A DNA stretch of 64,000 nt from Lachnospiraceae bacterium (GCA_017431345.1 JAFRLH010000055.1:58229-122228), one strand, 5' to 3'; counted from the stretch's first letter, positions 53,801 to 64,000 are shown. Notes: a model not told the origin generated them from the sequence alone. Translations and numbers: made by a program.

Positions 53801-53829
53801 AGTATAACATACCATTTTTTCTCATTCAA
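53801..53829 (-). promoter_or_regulatory. Sigma-A type promoter of the dnaD-like/dnaI-like operon
   Basis: The minus strand has TTGAAT (53829-53824), a 17-nt spacer, then TATACT (53806-53801). Confidence 0.55.
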
Positions 53830-53865
53830 CAGCACCGGTCTGTCGTCTGAAGCGTCAGGAAAATA

Positions 53866-53971
53866 TGTGGAAATTGTGGAAAAGGGCGGAAAAGCACGTT
53901 TTTCCGTGGGAAAAGGAAAAGGCTTTTCCACTATCTGGATATGTGGAAAAGCCTGTGGAAAACGTGGAAAA
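53866..53971. promoter_or_regulatory. Cluster of DnaA-box-like 9-mers
   Basis: TGTGGAAAT is at 53866. TGTGGAAAA is at 53875, 53942 and 53954. CGTGGAAAA is at 53963 and TTTTCCACT at 53924. Weaker GCGGAAAA and CGTGGGAAAA sites are also present. TGTGGAAAA is the reverse complement of TTTTCCACA, one mismatch from TTATCCACA. Confidence 0.6.
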
Positions 53972-55354
53972 CTACAGCTTAAGCATGTTTTCTCCCACTT
54001 TTACGATATCTCCGGCGCCCATAGTTATCAACATTTCGCCGTGGAAGAAATTTTTTAAAAGAAATTTTTCGATCTCCGGGAAGGTGTCAAAGCACGTCAC
54101 TTTTTTACCCAGTTTTTTGATTTTTTCTGCCAGAACGTAAGACGAGATCCCGAGATCATCCGTTTCCCTGGCCGGATAGATCTTTGCCAGCACAACTTCG
54201 TCTGCCAGAGACAGGGCATCCGCAAATTCATCCAGGAGCGCTTTCGTCCTGCTGTATGTGTGCGGCTGAAAGATGCAGATCACTTTTCTCTCTCCCATCT
54301 TCTTTGCAGCTGTAAGCGTCGCCCTGATCTCATCCGGATGATGGGCGTAATCATCGATCACCAGCACATCTCCGGGAAGGATCCCTTTCTTCTCAAACCG
54401 TCTGTGCGTGCCTCCGAACGACTTCAGTGCCTGAAAGATCACTTCCGGATCCGCGCCGAGTTCTGTCATGCAGGCAGCTGCGGCAAGCGCGTTCCAGGCA
54501 TTGTGCAGGCCGGGTACGCCAAGCGCCACCTCTCCTTCCTGCACGCCGCCTTTAAAGAGCGTGAAGGAAGCACATCCGTTCTTATCATAGGTAATATTTT
54601 CCATGCGGTAATCGTCTTCCGCGCGTTCTCCCACGGTGATCACCCTGCATTTTACATCCTTTACGATATCCTCATACTTTTCAATGTTGCTGCTGATCAC
54701 AAGGAAACCGTCTTCAGGCAGCAGCATCGCAAATTTCCCGAAGGAATTCCGGATATCATCCAGATCCTCGAAGAAATCAAGATGATCCGCACCGACATTC
54801 AGGATGACGCCGACGGTGGGAAAAAAGGAAAGAAAACTGTTCGTATATTCGCATGCCTCTGCGATGAACAGATCCGACTGCCCGATCCTGATATTCCCGC
54901 CGATTGAATCCAGCATCCCGCCGACAGATACTGTAGGGTCCAGTTCCGCAGCAAGCGCTGCTTCGGTGATCATGGAGGTCGTTGTCGTCTTTCCATGTGT
55001 GCCGGCTACCGCGACTGCTGTATGGTAATTTTTCATCGTCTGCCCCAGCAGCTCTGCTCTGGTCAGCAGCGGGATCCCGAGCTCCTTCGCCCTCATCAGT
55101 TCCGGATTGTCGGCATGAACGGCAGCGGTATAGACGATCTTCTGCATGTTCTCGTCTATGTTTTCCGCCCTCTGGCCGATCGCTACATGGACGCCTTCGC
55201 TCTCCAGCTTTTTGATGAGCTCTGACGCATGCATATCGGATCCCGTGACTTTAAATCCACGGTCTTTCAGTATCTCGGCCAGGCCGCTCATGCTGATGCC
55301 GCCGATTCCGATAAAGTGTACCCATTCCGGTTTGTTAAAATCTATACTGGCCAT
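53972..55354 (-). CDS. murC: UDP-N-acetylmuramate--L-alanine ligase
   Basis: HFIGIGGISMSGLAEIL and GTHGKTTTTSMI. Confidence 0.95.
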   Translation of the reverse strand: MASIDFNKPEWVHFIGIGGISMSGLAEILKDRGFKVTGSDMHASELIKKLESEGVHVAIGQRAENIDENMQKIVYTAAVHADNPELMRAKELGIPLLTRAELLGQTMKNYHTAVAVAGTHGKTTTTSMITEAALAAELDPTVSVGGMLDSIGGNIRIGQSDLFIAEACEYTNSFLSFFPTVGVILNVGADHLDFFEDLDDIRNSFGKFAMLLPEDGFLVISSNIEKYEDIVKDVKCRVITVGERAEDDYRMENITYDKNGCASFTLFKGGVQEGEVALGVPGLHNAWNALAAAACMTELGADPEVIFQALKSFGGTHRRFEKKGILPGDVLVIDDYAHHPDEIRATLTAAKKMGERKVICIFQPHTYSRTKALLDEFADALSLADEVVLAKIYPARETDDLGISSYVLAEKIKKLGKKVTCFDTFPEIEKFLLKNFFHGEMLITMGAGDIVKVGENMLKL

Positions 55355-55473
55355 AAAAACCCTCTTTTAAACAGATTCATGAAACAGGAGCTCCGCGCAT
55401 GCGAAACTCCCGTACAGTTTTTCTATAATCGCATACCGGTGAATATAACAATCTCTCAGCGTGCTTCCCCTGC

Positions 55474-55815
55474 TTATTCAGCGGCGCTCTCCGCTTCCTC
55501 ACCGGCTTCGGCTTCTTCGTCCGCTTCCGCTGCGGCATCCGCTTCTTCGGCTGCATCAGCCGCTTCCGTCTCCGTCACGCCGGCGAAATCCGAAACGACC
55601 TGGGATGTGACATTATAATCCGGAAGCGCATCCTCATAAGCCTTGTACTGGCTGTATCCGGTAAATCCGATCGCAGCGATAATGGCTGCTGCGCAGAGAG
55701 CAGCCACGCCTTTGGTAAGGAAGCTGTTTCTCTTTTTGCGGCTCTTTTCCTTCGCCAGATTTTCCTTGCGGTGTGTCTTCTTTTCCTTATATGCGTTGAC
55801 TTTTTCTACACTCAT
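55474..55815 (-). CDS. Small single-pass membrane protein with an acidic Ala/Glu-rich tail
   Basis: 113 aa. It has a basic N-terminus, the TM segment GVAALCAAAIIAAIGFTGY, and the tail AADAAEEADAAAEADEEAEAGEEAESAAE. Confidence 0.5.
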   Translation of the reverse strand: MSVEKVNAYKEKKTHRKENLAKEKSRKKRNSFLTKGVAALCAAAIIAAIGFTGYSQYKAYEDALPDYNVTSQVVSDFAGVTETEAADAAEEADAAAEADEEAEAGEEAESAAE

Positions 55816-55992
55816 ATCAAAATACCTCAGTATTATTTTTCACCAGTCCATATAATATGCAGTCAAACAGTGGTGATCAGTCGTGCAGGGCATAAAGCAG
55901 TATATACCCTGCGGACCCTGTCACCATACTATACAACGAAAACTCCCTCTTTGCAAGAGGGAGTCTGTCACATCCTTATTGCATCTGTTGCT

Positions 55993-57180
55993 TTACAGAT
56001 ACTTTTTCAGCTCCTCGGCGCGGTCTGTCTTCTCCCAGGAGAGATCCAGATCGTTCCTGCCGAAATGGCCGTAAGCAGCTGTCTGCTTGTAGATCGGTCT
56101 GCGCAGATCAAGCATCTTAATAATGCCTGCAGGACGAAGGTCAAAATGCTTCCGAATGATCTCCGTAAGCTTTTCATCCTTCAGTTTTCCGGTACCGAAG
56201 GTGTCCACAAAGACGGAGGTAGGCGTTGCTACGCCGATCGCATAGGAAAGCTGTACCTCACACTTTTCTGCAAGCCCTGCCGCAACAACATTCTTCGCAA
56301 CATACCGTGCGGCATAGGCTGCGGAACGGTCGACCTTTGTGCAGTCTTTTCCGGAGAATGCGCCGCCGCCGTGACGTGCGTATCCGCCGTAGGTGTCAAC
56401 GATGATCTTTCTTCCGGTCAGTCCGGAATCTCCCTGCGGGCCTCCGATCACGAAGCGGCCGGTGGGATTGATGAAAAACTTTGTTTTTCCGTCGACCATT
56501 CCTGCGGGTACAACGGGATCGATGACATACTTTCTGATATCCTGATGGATCTGCTCCTGCGTCACATCCGGATCATGCTGCGTGGAAATGACCACACAGT
56601 CTACTCTCTCCGGCTTTCCGTTCTCATCATATTCGATCGTCACCTGGCTCTTGCCGTCCGGGCGAAGGTATTTCAGCGTGCCGTCTTTTCTCACTTCGGC
56701 AAGCTTTTTGGTAAGACGGTGCGCAAGCGCAATGGGATAAGGCATGAGTTCAGGGGTCTCGTTGGTCGCATAACCGAACATCATTCCCTGGTCGCCGGCG
56801 CCGTAGTTTCCGATTTCCTCTTCAGTCATCTGGTTTTCCTTGATTTCCAGCGCTTTGTCAACACCCATGGCGATGTCACTTGACTGATTGTCGATCGCGG
56901 TCAGCACCGCACAGGTATGTCCGTCAAATCCGTACTCTGATCTGTCATAACCGATATCAAGGACCGTCTGCCTTACGATCGCGGGAATATCGACATAAGC
57001 CGACGTGGTAATCTCGCCCATGACCAGAACAAATCCGGTATTTACACTCGTCTCGCAGGCTACGCGGCCCATGGGATCTGTCTCCATGATCGCGTCGAGG
57101 ACAGCGTCCGAAATCTGATCGCAGATCTTATCGGGATGGCCTTCCGTGACGGATTCCGATGTGAATAATCTCCTTTCCAT
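55993..57180 (-). CDS. metK: S-adenosylmethionine synthase
   Basis: [25 protein letters not shown]...[12 protein letters not shown]...GGGAFSGKD. Start placed at 57180, the track M26. Confidence 0.95.
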   Translation of the reverse strand: MERRLFTSESVTEGHPDKICDQISDAVLDAIMETDPMGRVACETSVNTGFVLVMGEITTSAYVDIPAIVRQTVLDIGYDRSEYGFDGHTCAVLTAIDNQSSDIAMGVDKALEIKENQMTEEEIGNYGAGDQGMMFGYATNETPELMPYPIALAHRLTKKLAEVRKDGTLKYLRPDGKSQVTIEYDENGKPERVDCVVISTQHDPDVTQEQIHQDIRKYVIDPVVPAGMVDGKTKFFINPTGRFVIGGPQGDSGLTGRKIIVDTYGGYARHGGGAFSGKDCTKVDRSAAYAARYVAKNVVAAGLAEKCEVQLSYAIGVATPTSVFVDTFGTGKLKDEKLTEIIRKHFDLRPAGIIKMLDLRRPIYKQTAAYGHFGRNDLDLSWEKTDRAEELKKYL

Positions 57181-57221
57181 GACTTTCTGCAGTCTCCTTT
57201 CAAGGTGCAGCAGGATCTGCT

Positions 57222-57380
57222 GCAAAGAAAAACCGGATCCAGAAGGACCCGGCATAAAAAAATCATTTTAAGCAGGGATCTTCTTATTGTTCGATTTCTC
57301 GCTCCGTGTTAGCACCTTCCATCGCTGGGGTTGCTGTGGTATCATCGATCCTTCGTCTCCACCACTCGAAATAAGAAATG
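57222..57380 (-). promoter_or_regulatory. SAM-I (S-box) riboswitch with terminator
   Basis: The minus strand reads TTCTTATTTCGAGTGGTGGAGACGAAGGATCGATGATACCACAGCAACC...GGTGCTAACACGGAGCGAGAAATCGAACAATAAGAAG. The terminator that follows is CCGGGTCC-ttct-GGATCCGG-TTTTTCTTT. Confidence 0.85.
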
Positions 57381-57465
57381 ATCCGGATATTTAATTGTTG
57401 CTGAAATAGTACTACGTGTATGGATCTATGTCAACAGTGATGTCATACAGAATGCATCAACTGTA

Positions 57466-58755
57466 TCATCCGACTCTCATGCGGAATTTCCGGGCGTCTT
57501 TGGCATCGTTCACGGTCTCGATCACAGCGCCGAGGCTTCTCAGTTTCTCATCGAAATCCTCGTATCCGCGCTGAATGTATCTGATATTGTCGACCGTCGT
57601 ATAGCCTTCGGCTGCCAGGCCGGCCATGACAAGCGCCGCGCCGGCACGCAGATCCGGGGCTTCCAGATCCGCCCCTGTCAGGCGGTCAACACCGCGGAAT
57701 ACCGCGACATTTCCTTCCACCTTGATATCCGCGCCCATCTTCGCAAGTTCATCCGCGTATTTGAAACGGTTCTCAAAAATGCTTTCCGTGATAATGCCTG
57801 TGCCGTCCGCAAGACAGAGCGCTACGCCCATCTGGGGCTGCATGTCTGTCGGGAAACCCGGGTAAGGCAGTGTCTTTACATTGCAGCTCATGGTCTTCGG
57901 CTTGCCGACAACGCGGATGCTGTCATCGAATTCAAGCACTTCGCAGCCAAGTTCAAGAAGCTTTGACGAAATGGCTTCCATATGCTTCGGAATAATGTTC
58001 TTGACTGTAACATCCCCTCTGGTGACCGCCGCCGCGAACATGAACGTGCCGGCTTCGATCTGATCCGGAATAATGGAATATTCCGTGCCGTGCAGATGAT
58101 CCACGCCTCTGATCCTGATAACATCCGTGCCGGCGCCTTTGATATTCGCGCCCATGGAGTTCAGCATGTTCGCCACATCAACGACATGCGGCTCTTTGGC
58201 GGCATTCTCGATGATCGTGTTTCCATCTGCAAGAACGGCTGTCAGCATAACATTGATCGTAGCGCCGACGGAGACCATATCCATGTAAACATGACCGCCG
58301 CGCAGCCTTGTGGAATCCGCGATGACCAGGCCATGCTCGACTTTCGCTTTCGCGGAAAGAGCCCTGAATCCCTTCAGATGCAGGTCGATCGGGCGGCTTC
58401 CGATATCACAGCCGCCGGGAAGCGCGACTTCCGCATGGGAATACTTCCCGAGCAGCGCGCCGATCAGATAATACCCTGCCCTGATCTTCCTGATGAAATC
58501 ATTCTCCACATGGACAGAATGGATATTGCTGCCGTTCAGGCGCACCGTATGTCTGTCCGGACGCTCCACGATCACGCCGATATCTGCAAGCGCTTCCAGC
58601 ATGACGTTGATATCCCTGACATCAGGAAGATTATCTATAACTACTGTTTCATCTGTCATAATGGCGGCAGCCAGAATACCCAGAGCTGCGTTCTTCGCTC
58701 CGGCTATGATAACTTCTCCGACTAACGGATTTCCGCCTTTCATTATATACTGCAT
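57466..58755 (-). CDS. murA: UDP-N-acetylglucosamine 1-carboxyvinyltransferase
   Basis: GAKNAALGILAAAIM, LPGGCDIGSRPIDLHL and FPTDMQ. Start placed at the track M22. Confidence 0.9.
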   Translation of the reverse strand: MQYIMKGGNPLVGEVIIAGAKNAALGILAAAIMTDETVVIDNLPDVRDINVMLEALADIGVIVERPDRHTVRLNGSNIHSVHVENDFIRKIRAGYYLIGALLGKYSHAEVALPGGCDIGSRPIDLHLKGFRALSAKAKVEHGLVIADSTRLRGGHVYMDMVSVGATINVMLTAVLADGNTIIENAAKEPHVVDVANMLNSMGANIKGAGTDVIRIRGVDHLHGTEYSIIPDQIEAGTFMFAAAVTRGDVTVKNIIPKHMEAISSKLLELGCEVLEFDDSIRVVGKPKTMSCNVKTLPYPGFPTDMQPQMGVALCLADGTGIITESIFENRFKYADELAKMGADIKVEGNVAVFRGVDRLTGADLEAPDLRAGAALVMAGLAAEGYTTVDNIRYIQRGYEDFDEKLRSLGAVIETVNDAKDARKFRMRVG

Positions 58756-58987
58756 CTTGTCACTCCCGGATCCCCTTAAGATTACATCCTGTAAGTCGAA
58801 AAGGAAACAATTCTGCAATAATTTTCTTATTTTTGTAATGATATGGGCGCACTAATAGCGTCCGTAACAAGTATTGTAGCACGGATGACAGGTTTTGTAA
58901 ACCATCAGTTAAATAGACAGTTTATTTGCGAAATCGAATGGTTGACAGCAATCAACTTGGCAGTAATCCGGGAGCTGTCTCAGGCAG

Positions 58988-59518
58988 TCACGTTTCGTTG
59001 ATGATCTGAATCTGGCACGAACGCATGGTCTCCAGCGCAGCCAGATGTTTCTCCGGCGTCACGCCGGCGCAGCAGGCAGCATCTACTGAAATTGTGACCT
59101 CCGGCATCACCGCCTTCAGCAGCAGCGCATTGGAAACAACGCAGATATCCGTGCACAGCCCGATCAGTTCCAGTTCGATCTCTTCCTTTTCAGACAGCGC
59201 TTTGAGATCTGCCGCAAGCGCAGTGCTTCCGAAAGTCGGTTTCTCATAGATCTTCGCACCCGTCAGGAGTTCTTCAATATCCGGACGGATCTGCCAGCCT
59301 TCCGATCCTTTAACACAGTGCGGCACCGGCAGATACCTGCCCTCCTGCGTCTCCATGTAATTTTCACCGTGCGTATCCATGGTGGCTATGATATCCTCCG
59401 CCGGATAAGTGCGGATCTTTTCTTTTACTGCATCAACAATCAGGACAGCTTCTTTTGTCCCGAGGGCTGCGTCGATAAAATCATTCTGCATGTCAACAAC
59501 GATCAGTAAACGTCTCAT
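58988..59518 (-). CDS. Isochorismatase-family cysteine hydrolase (nicotinamidase-like)
   Basis: MRRLLIVVDMQNDFI...LIGLCTDICV. Confidence 0.8.
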   Translation of the reverse strand: MRRLLIVVDMQNDFIDAALGTKEAVLIVDAVKEKIRTYPAEDIIATMDTHGENYMETQEGRYLPVPHCVKGSEGWQIRPDIEELLTGAKIYEKPTFGSTALAADLKALSEKEEIELELIGLCTDICVVSNALLLKAVMPEVTISVDAACCAGVTPEKHLAALETMRSCQIQIINET

Positions 59519-59722
59519 TCTTTTTCCCTCTTTCTTCATTGCCGATAAGGCATGGATATCATTCTGCTTAAGGAATATTTCTTTTATGATTTTACACTAT
59601 TTTCTTCATCATTTCCACTTTATATCAAAAAGAGACAGGTGATGATTTCCATCTCCCTGTCCTCCAGGAAATTTTTAATGTATAAAAACAGTAAAAAGAT
59701 TGCAAAGCCAAAAAAAGTATCC

Positions 59723-61144
59723 TTACATCTTTTTAATACGGTTTTTGGCCAGCTGCATATAATATCCTGCTGCACATACCAGCAATGCAGTACAAAATCC
59801 CATCGCTGTCGGATCCCAGGAAAGATGCAGAATCTTTATGAGCAGCATTACTGCAAGTCCTAATGGTCCGGAAACAGTTACAAATACCGGGTGCAGTTTT
59901 CCCGGAAGGAACAGGCATGCTAATCCCGGCAGCACAATACCTACCAGACGCAGGCTGAAAGACAGGTATCCCCACTCAAGAATCAATGTATTCGGACTGG
60001 CTGCTGTCATGACAAACGAGATAAGCATTACTGCAAGCACAGTAATGCGGTTTACTGCCAGCGTGCGTTTGTCTGATGCACATTTGTTGATATACTTCCG
60101 GTAAATATCTACAGAGAAAACAGAGGACAAGCCTAAAGCCATTGAAGCGCCGGCACTGATTATAACGATCAGCAATCCTGCCAAACAGATTCCGCCAACA
60201 AACGGAGGCATTTTATTTACAATAAATAAAGGAAACGACTGTGCTGCTGTAATAAAAGGATACTCTGTCCGCATATACATTCCTATCCATGAAGAAAACA
60301 GCCCTACAGGGAGAACAGTCAACGCACTCAACAGACAGGCGTTCACTGCGTTTTTGCTCCTTTTCGCAGATACTATTGCCTGAATATATGTCTGCGTCGA
60401 AAGCATTCCAAGAGAAACACTAATTACCGAAGAAAGCTCTTTTGTTACTCCTCTTACAAAAAAATTATTAAAGACCTCCGGATCCAGTGATCTGTTCAAT
60501 GCGGCAAGGCCTCCAGCTAAATACAGTGCAAGAGCCCCTCCGCCAATAACCGTAATATACAGGAGTATTACTTTTACAACACCGAGAAATCCACTGATTT
60601 TCATTCCGCCGAAAGCAGCGTAACTAATCATGATAACAATGGAAACAACGACTGCCTGCACCATACTTATATCCATTAATGTTGTAAGTAAAGCCCCTGC
60701 GGCTGCGACCTGTGATACTATACCGGCAAGAAAGCCCGCTGGCGCAATTAAAGAGGTCAGTATGCCCGCTGTGTGACCAAATTCATCATAAATCAATTCC
60801 TGCAGCGTCAGTTTCCCATTTGCCCTAAACGGCTTCACATATAGCAAAGCTATAATCAGGCACCCTGCAGAACACCCTATAGCGTACCACCAGCCGGAAA
60901 TACCAAAGTCAAAAGCCATCTCTGCCGCACCTAAAGTACAGCTTCCTCCTATAAGACTGCCAACTATTACCCCTGTCACCATAAAGGTGCCGTAGTTTTT
61001 CCCTCCTGTTTGAAAATCATCATTAGTATGTACTTTTCTTACACTTGAAATCCCTATGATAATGATAAAAGCAATTGTACCAAACATAGAAACAATATGC
61101 GTTGGACTCAACTGAAAAAACTGCATCCTGCCTCCCGTAAACAT
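59723..61144 (-). CDS. Sodium:solute symporter (SSF) family transporter
   Basis: 473 aa, polytopic and Gly-rich. The start may be MQFFQLSP at 61126. Confidence 0.7.
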   Translation of the reverse strand: MFTGGRMQFFQLSPTHIVSMFGTIAFIIIIGISSVRKVHTNDDFQTGGKNYGTFMVTGVIVGSLIGGSCTLGAAEMAFDFGISGWWYAIGCSAGCLIIALLYVKPFRANGKLTLQELIYDEFGHTAGILTSLIAPAGFLAGIVSQVAAAGALLTTLMDISMVQAVVVSIVIMISYAAFGGMKISGFLGVVKVILLYITVIGGGALALYLAGGLAALNRSLDPEVFNNFFVRGVTKELSSVISVSLGMLSTQTYIQAIVSAKRSKNAVNACLLSALTVLPVGLFSSWIGMYMRTEYPFITAAQSFPLFIVNKMPPFVGGICLAGLLIVIISAGASMALGLSSVFSVDIYRKYINKCASDKRTLAVNRITVLAVMLISFVMTAASPNTLILEWGYLSFSLRLVGIVLPGLACLFLPGKLHPVFVTVSGPLGLAVMLLIKILHLSWDPTAMGFCTALLVCAAGYYMQLAKNRIKKM

Positions 61145-61279
61145 CCACCAAACTATTTAAAAATCGGGGCCAACCAGAAAATTAGGAAAATCGGGGCAAT
61201 TATAATAATTACCCCGATCAAATCACTTATCAGCCCATTAATATTTGTCAACACAAATCAGCGCAGAGTATTTATAGTA

Positions 61280-62842
61280 TTATTTCCCCTGTGCGGCTTT
61301 TCTCGCTGCAATGTCCAGATCTGTATCATGACGAACATTTTCCATAATCGCAATGGTGTCAGCACTTACATCCGGAACGAAATAACTCTCGTAAGATTCA
61401 ACCGGTCCAGGCTGTGTAAGCAGCGTTACAATAATAGAGGTTATAAGCGCAGCCGGTGCAGAATACAGGAATGCAGGCTGAGGTGTTCCTATCAGCGAGC
61501 AAGAAATGAAAACTGTAACGCCGACCACGATTGAAGTATAGCATGCAGGACGGTTATACCGTTTCCAGAACATCCCAAGCCAAATCGGGCCAACGAATGC
61601 AGATGCCAGAGGACCATAAACCATTGTCTGAACCAGCGCCATCAATGCCGGCGGTTTCAGAGCGAAAAATGTTGCAATCAGTCCCATGCCGAGCATAGCG
61701 TAGCGGATGCTTTTTTTCATTTTTTCTTCATCATCCGCAAGTGCAGGTGTCAGCGGTCGTATAAAGTCATACATCAGAGATGTAGCGCAATGAAGGAGGA
61801 ATGAGTTTGCTGAAGAAACCGCTGCTGCCAGAATCGCTACGAGCGTAATAGCTCCGATACCGGGATGGACAAACTGTTTAATCATCTGCGGAAGAATAGA
61901 GTCGGCAGTGCTTCCGGCGGGAAGAGAAGTGATAAGTACGCGTCCGGTAAGGCCGAGCACTACAAGGAAGCAGAACAGTACAAAAATAACCATAGGTGTC
62001 AATGCATACTGCAGAACGGCGGTCTTGACATTCTTTGGTGCTGACATACGTGTTGTATAATGCGGGCTGGCAGCAATACCAAAGGTATTCTGCAGAAATA
62101 CCACAAACAGTGCAAGCGCCGTATACGGTCCGCAAGTTGAAACATACTGTCCTAGCGGAGTAGGATCTCCGCCTTCGATGGCGGGCGCAGTAACTGTAGC
62201 AGCATTTTCAACGATAACTCCCAGACCACCGACCTTGCCTACAAGAACAACGGCTACAATGCCTATACCTACAACAATCAAAATTGTATTCAACAGGTCA
62301 GTTGCTGCTACAGACCAAAATCCTCCCATACTTGTAAAGATCAGGAAAATCAGGAAGAAAAATACTGCTATTTTATAATCAATACCGGTAATTGTACTGA
62401 AAATCGTTCCGAATCCGACTATCTGCATGTACGTTAATACAAAGTAGCCAACGAACGTTATAAGTGCAATTAAAATCTGCAGTGTACTTGTCTTAAGTGT
62501 AGGTTCAAAACGCATCCGGATGTATTCAGGGAATGTACGAGGTGGAAGCAACGGTCTGCGTGCTTTGTAAGCCAGAATGGACAGCAGTGCCATTCCAAGA
62601 AGCGGGCCAGCAAGAAACGCGATCATCGTTGCATACCCATACTGATAAGTATAACCCGTAAAACCGAGCACATATGCCGCCCCTATACAGGTCGCACAAG
62701 TGGTTCCGGTACCTATAAGAACACCCATACGATGTCCGCCGGTAGTAAAGTCACTTAAGCTTTCGGCATTTTTGGAACTTGAAAATACACTGAAGAGCAT
62801 AAATCCTATATAGACCAAAAAAGCTATCACATAATATATCAT
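61280..62842 (-). CDS. Sodium:solute symporter (SSF) family transporter
   Basis: 520 aa with 13 or more hydrophobic segments and FTTGGHRMGVLIGTGTTCATCIGAAYVLG. Confidence 0.8.
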   Translation of the reverse strand: MIYYVIAFLVYIGFMLFSVFSSSKNAESLSDFTTGGHRMGVLIGTGTTCATCIGAAYVLGFTGYTYQYGYATMIAFLAGPLLGMALLSILAYKARRPLLPPRTFPEYIRMRFEPTLKTSTLQILIALITFVGYFVLTYMQIVGFGTIFSTITGIDYKIAVFFFLIFLIFTSMGGFWSVAATDLLNTILIVVGIGIVAVVLVGKVGGLGVIVENAATVTAPAIEGGDPTPLGQYVSTCGPYTALALFVVFLQNTFGIAASPHYTTRMSAPKNVKTAVLQYALTPMVIFVLFCFLVVLGLTGRVLITSLPAGSTADSILPQMIKQFVHPGIGAITLVAILAAAVSSANSFLLHCATSLMYDFIRPLTPALADDEEKMKKSIRYAMLGMGLIATFFALKPPALMALVQTMVYGPLASAFVGPIWLGMFWKRYNRPACYTSIVVGVTVFISCSLIGTPQPAFLYSAPAALITSIIVTLLTQPGPVESYESYFVPDVSADTIAIMENVRHDTDLDIAARKAAQGK

Positions 62843-62869
62843 ACATTAAACCCCCTTCTCCCAATAAAC

Positions 62870-62998
62870 TCAGCACTTAAACAGGCTTCCGGTAGCTCCC
62901 CAACGCTCGACCTTGGATTTCTCTATCATAGAGCACTCGATAATAGCAAAAATCCCGGAAATAAAAGCGCACAACGCCATAATAATAAATCCAGTCAT
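62870..62998 (-). CDS. Candidate 42-aa membrane microprotein preceding the SSF transporter
   Basis: It is not in the ORF track. AAAGGAGGATAATTT precedes the ATG. The sequence is MTGFIIMALCAFISGIFAIIECSMIEKSKVERWGATGSLFKC. Its stop lies 27 nt before the transporter start. Confidence 0.5.
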   Translation of the reverse strand: MTGFIIMALCAFISGIFAIIECSMIEKSKVERWGATGSLFKC

Positions 62999-63188
62999 AA
63001 ATTATCCTCCTTTTTCCAAAAATAGATTGATTTACTGCAACAATACGGAAACGGCTCTGCAGCAACCGTCATATCGACCAATATCAAACATCCTTCCCGA
63101 AAGGAAACGGAACAGGAGTTCGGGCCCTTCATTTCATCCCCGTATTCCGTCCTCACCAAAAAGGCATTCTCAAAATGTGACCTGAGCG

Positions 63189-63986
63189 TCAATAAAGCCA
63201 GATTCCATGATCAGTGATATCCCAAATCTCTGCATGCTCTTTCATGTGCCGGCTTACATTGATATGTCCCCGGCTTATCATTCTTGCACTGGTCTCCTGA
63301 AACGCAAAACAGGCATTCCGCAGGCCTTCGCTTGCCTCTGTTTCAAAGGGTTCAAAAGAATCCAGTATGATTCTAGCCTGTGTACTGCTGATTACCTCTA
63401 CCTTAAAACACTGCTTTGTTGCTTTAAGAAGTTCCGAAAAGAAACCGCACACTCCTCTGACATCCCTGCATTCCGGGTTGATTCCTGCCGCTTCAAGCAG
63501 TTCCGGAGTATATTGTACCGCCAGCAGCCGCATGCTCTGTCTGAGAATATATTCAGCGTGTTCTTTTCCGACAGCATTATAAAGAACGTCCATTGTACCG
63601 CGAAAATAACCAGCTGAATAATTACGTTCTGCCTTCAGTTTTCTTGCTTCCGGCCATTTCTGAGGATCCAATTTTGGTGCCTTTGCCGAGTCAAATTCCG
63701 GAGTATGATCTACTGTTTCAAAACGCATTATCTCATCTTGTCTTAAGTCATGATCATATTCCATGAAATAACCTTCGTCATAAGGATCCCCTTCCATAAC
63801 GAATTTAGTTCCTACATAACCAAGTCTTGGACAATCCATGAAAAATCCATTCCTTGGATGCCAGGCACTAAAAATTGCTCTTCTGAGCTTTGCCGGAATT
63901 GATATCATTGCTACTCCGCCATAAGTCCACATAGGACCAAGATAGCGAATCCATACCTTTTGGGGCGACTCTTCAATATATTCCAT
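63189..63986 (-). CDS. Hypothetical protein (265 aa), no family recognised
   Basis: It is a long clean ORF in the AT-richer segment, and its codon pattern is consistent with the neighbours. I recognise no motif. Confidence 0.5.
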   Translation of the reverse strand: MEYIEESPQKVWIRYLGPMWTYGGVAMISIPAKLRRAIFSAWHPRNGFFMDCPRLGYVGTKFVMEGDPYDEGYFMEYDHDLRQDEIMRFETVDHTPEFDSAKAPKLDPQKWPEARKLKAERNYSAGYFRGTMDVLYNAVGKEHAEYILRQSMRLLAVQYTPELLEAAGINPECRDVRGVCGFFSELLKATKQCFKVEVISSTQARIILDSFEPFETEASEGLRNACFAFQETSARMISRGHINVSRHMKEHAEIWDITDHGIWLY

Positions 63987-64000
63987 ATCGAGCCCGCCTA

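Overview
This is a 64-kb chromosomal window from a Firmicutes/Clostridia-type genome. The evidence is two T-box leaders, a perfect CIRCE operator, a SAM-I riboswitch, rpsF-ssb-rpsR, and DnaD/DnaI-type helicase-loader genes. I saw no rRNA or tRNA genes, no CRISPR array, and no transposase or integrase. About 60 CDS look real; most long track ORFs lying antisense to them are shadows. The 45.4-59.5 kb stretch is a minus-strand housekeeping block: Co/Ni ECF transporter, rpsR-ssb-rpsF, prs, dnaD-like/dnaI-like, murC, metK and murA. The 22.6-45.3 kb stretch is metabolic or accessory. Two visibly AT-richer segments look acquired: 14.4-22.5 kb and 59.7-64 kb. There are three main candidates for something undescribed. 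(1) A repeat-bounded cassette array at 14.4-22.5 kb carries three orphan P-loop NTPases (two with a PD-(D/E)xK-like tail) and a PRiA4_ORF3/SEC-C protein. It is inserted exactly at the hsp20 CIRCE/-35 element, and each unit is preceded by the same non-coding module of hairpin, tandem TGACCAATTTT and 42-bp iteron-like arrays. (2) An operon at 22.7-28.9 kb encodes an esterase, a 73-aa Pro/Lys-rich protein and two tandem divergent adenylate-forming enzymes. The second enzyme ends in about 10 near-identical 45-bp repeats encoding (GYQPPQGQQGFMPGN)n. (3) A LysR-controlled operon at 41.9-45.3 kb has two paralogous cupin-like unknowns flanking a Gfo/Idh/MocA oxidoreductase and a TIM-barrel isomerase. 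Other notable items are a DnaA-box cluster in front of the helicase-loader operon, a T-box stranded 630 nt from the next CDS with a 63-bp tandem repeat in between, a 119-bp MITE-like element family, and two unannotated microproteins. All calls come from reading translations and motifs by eye; no database search or folding program was run.
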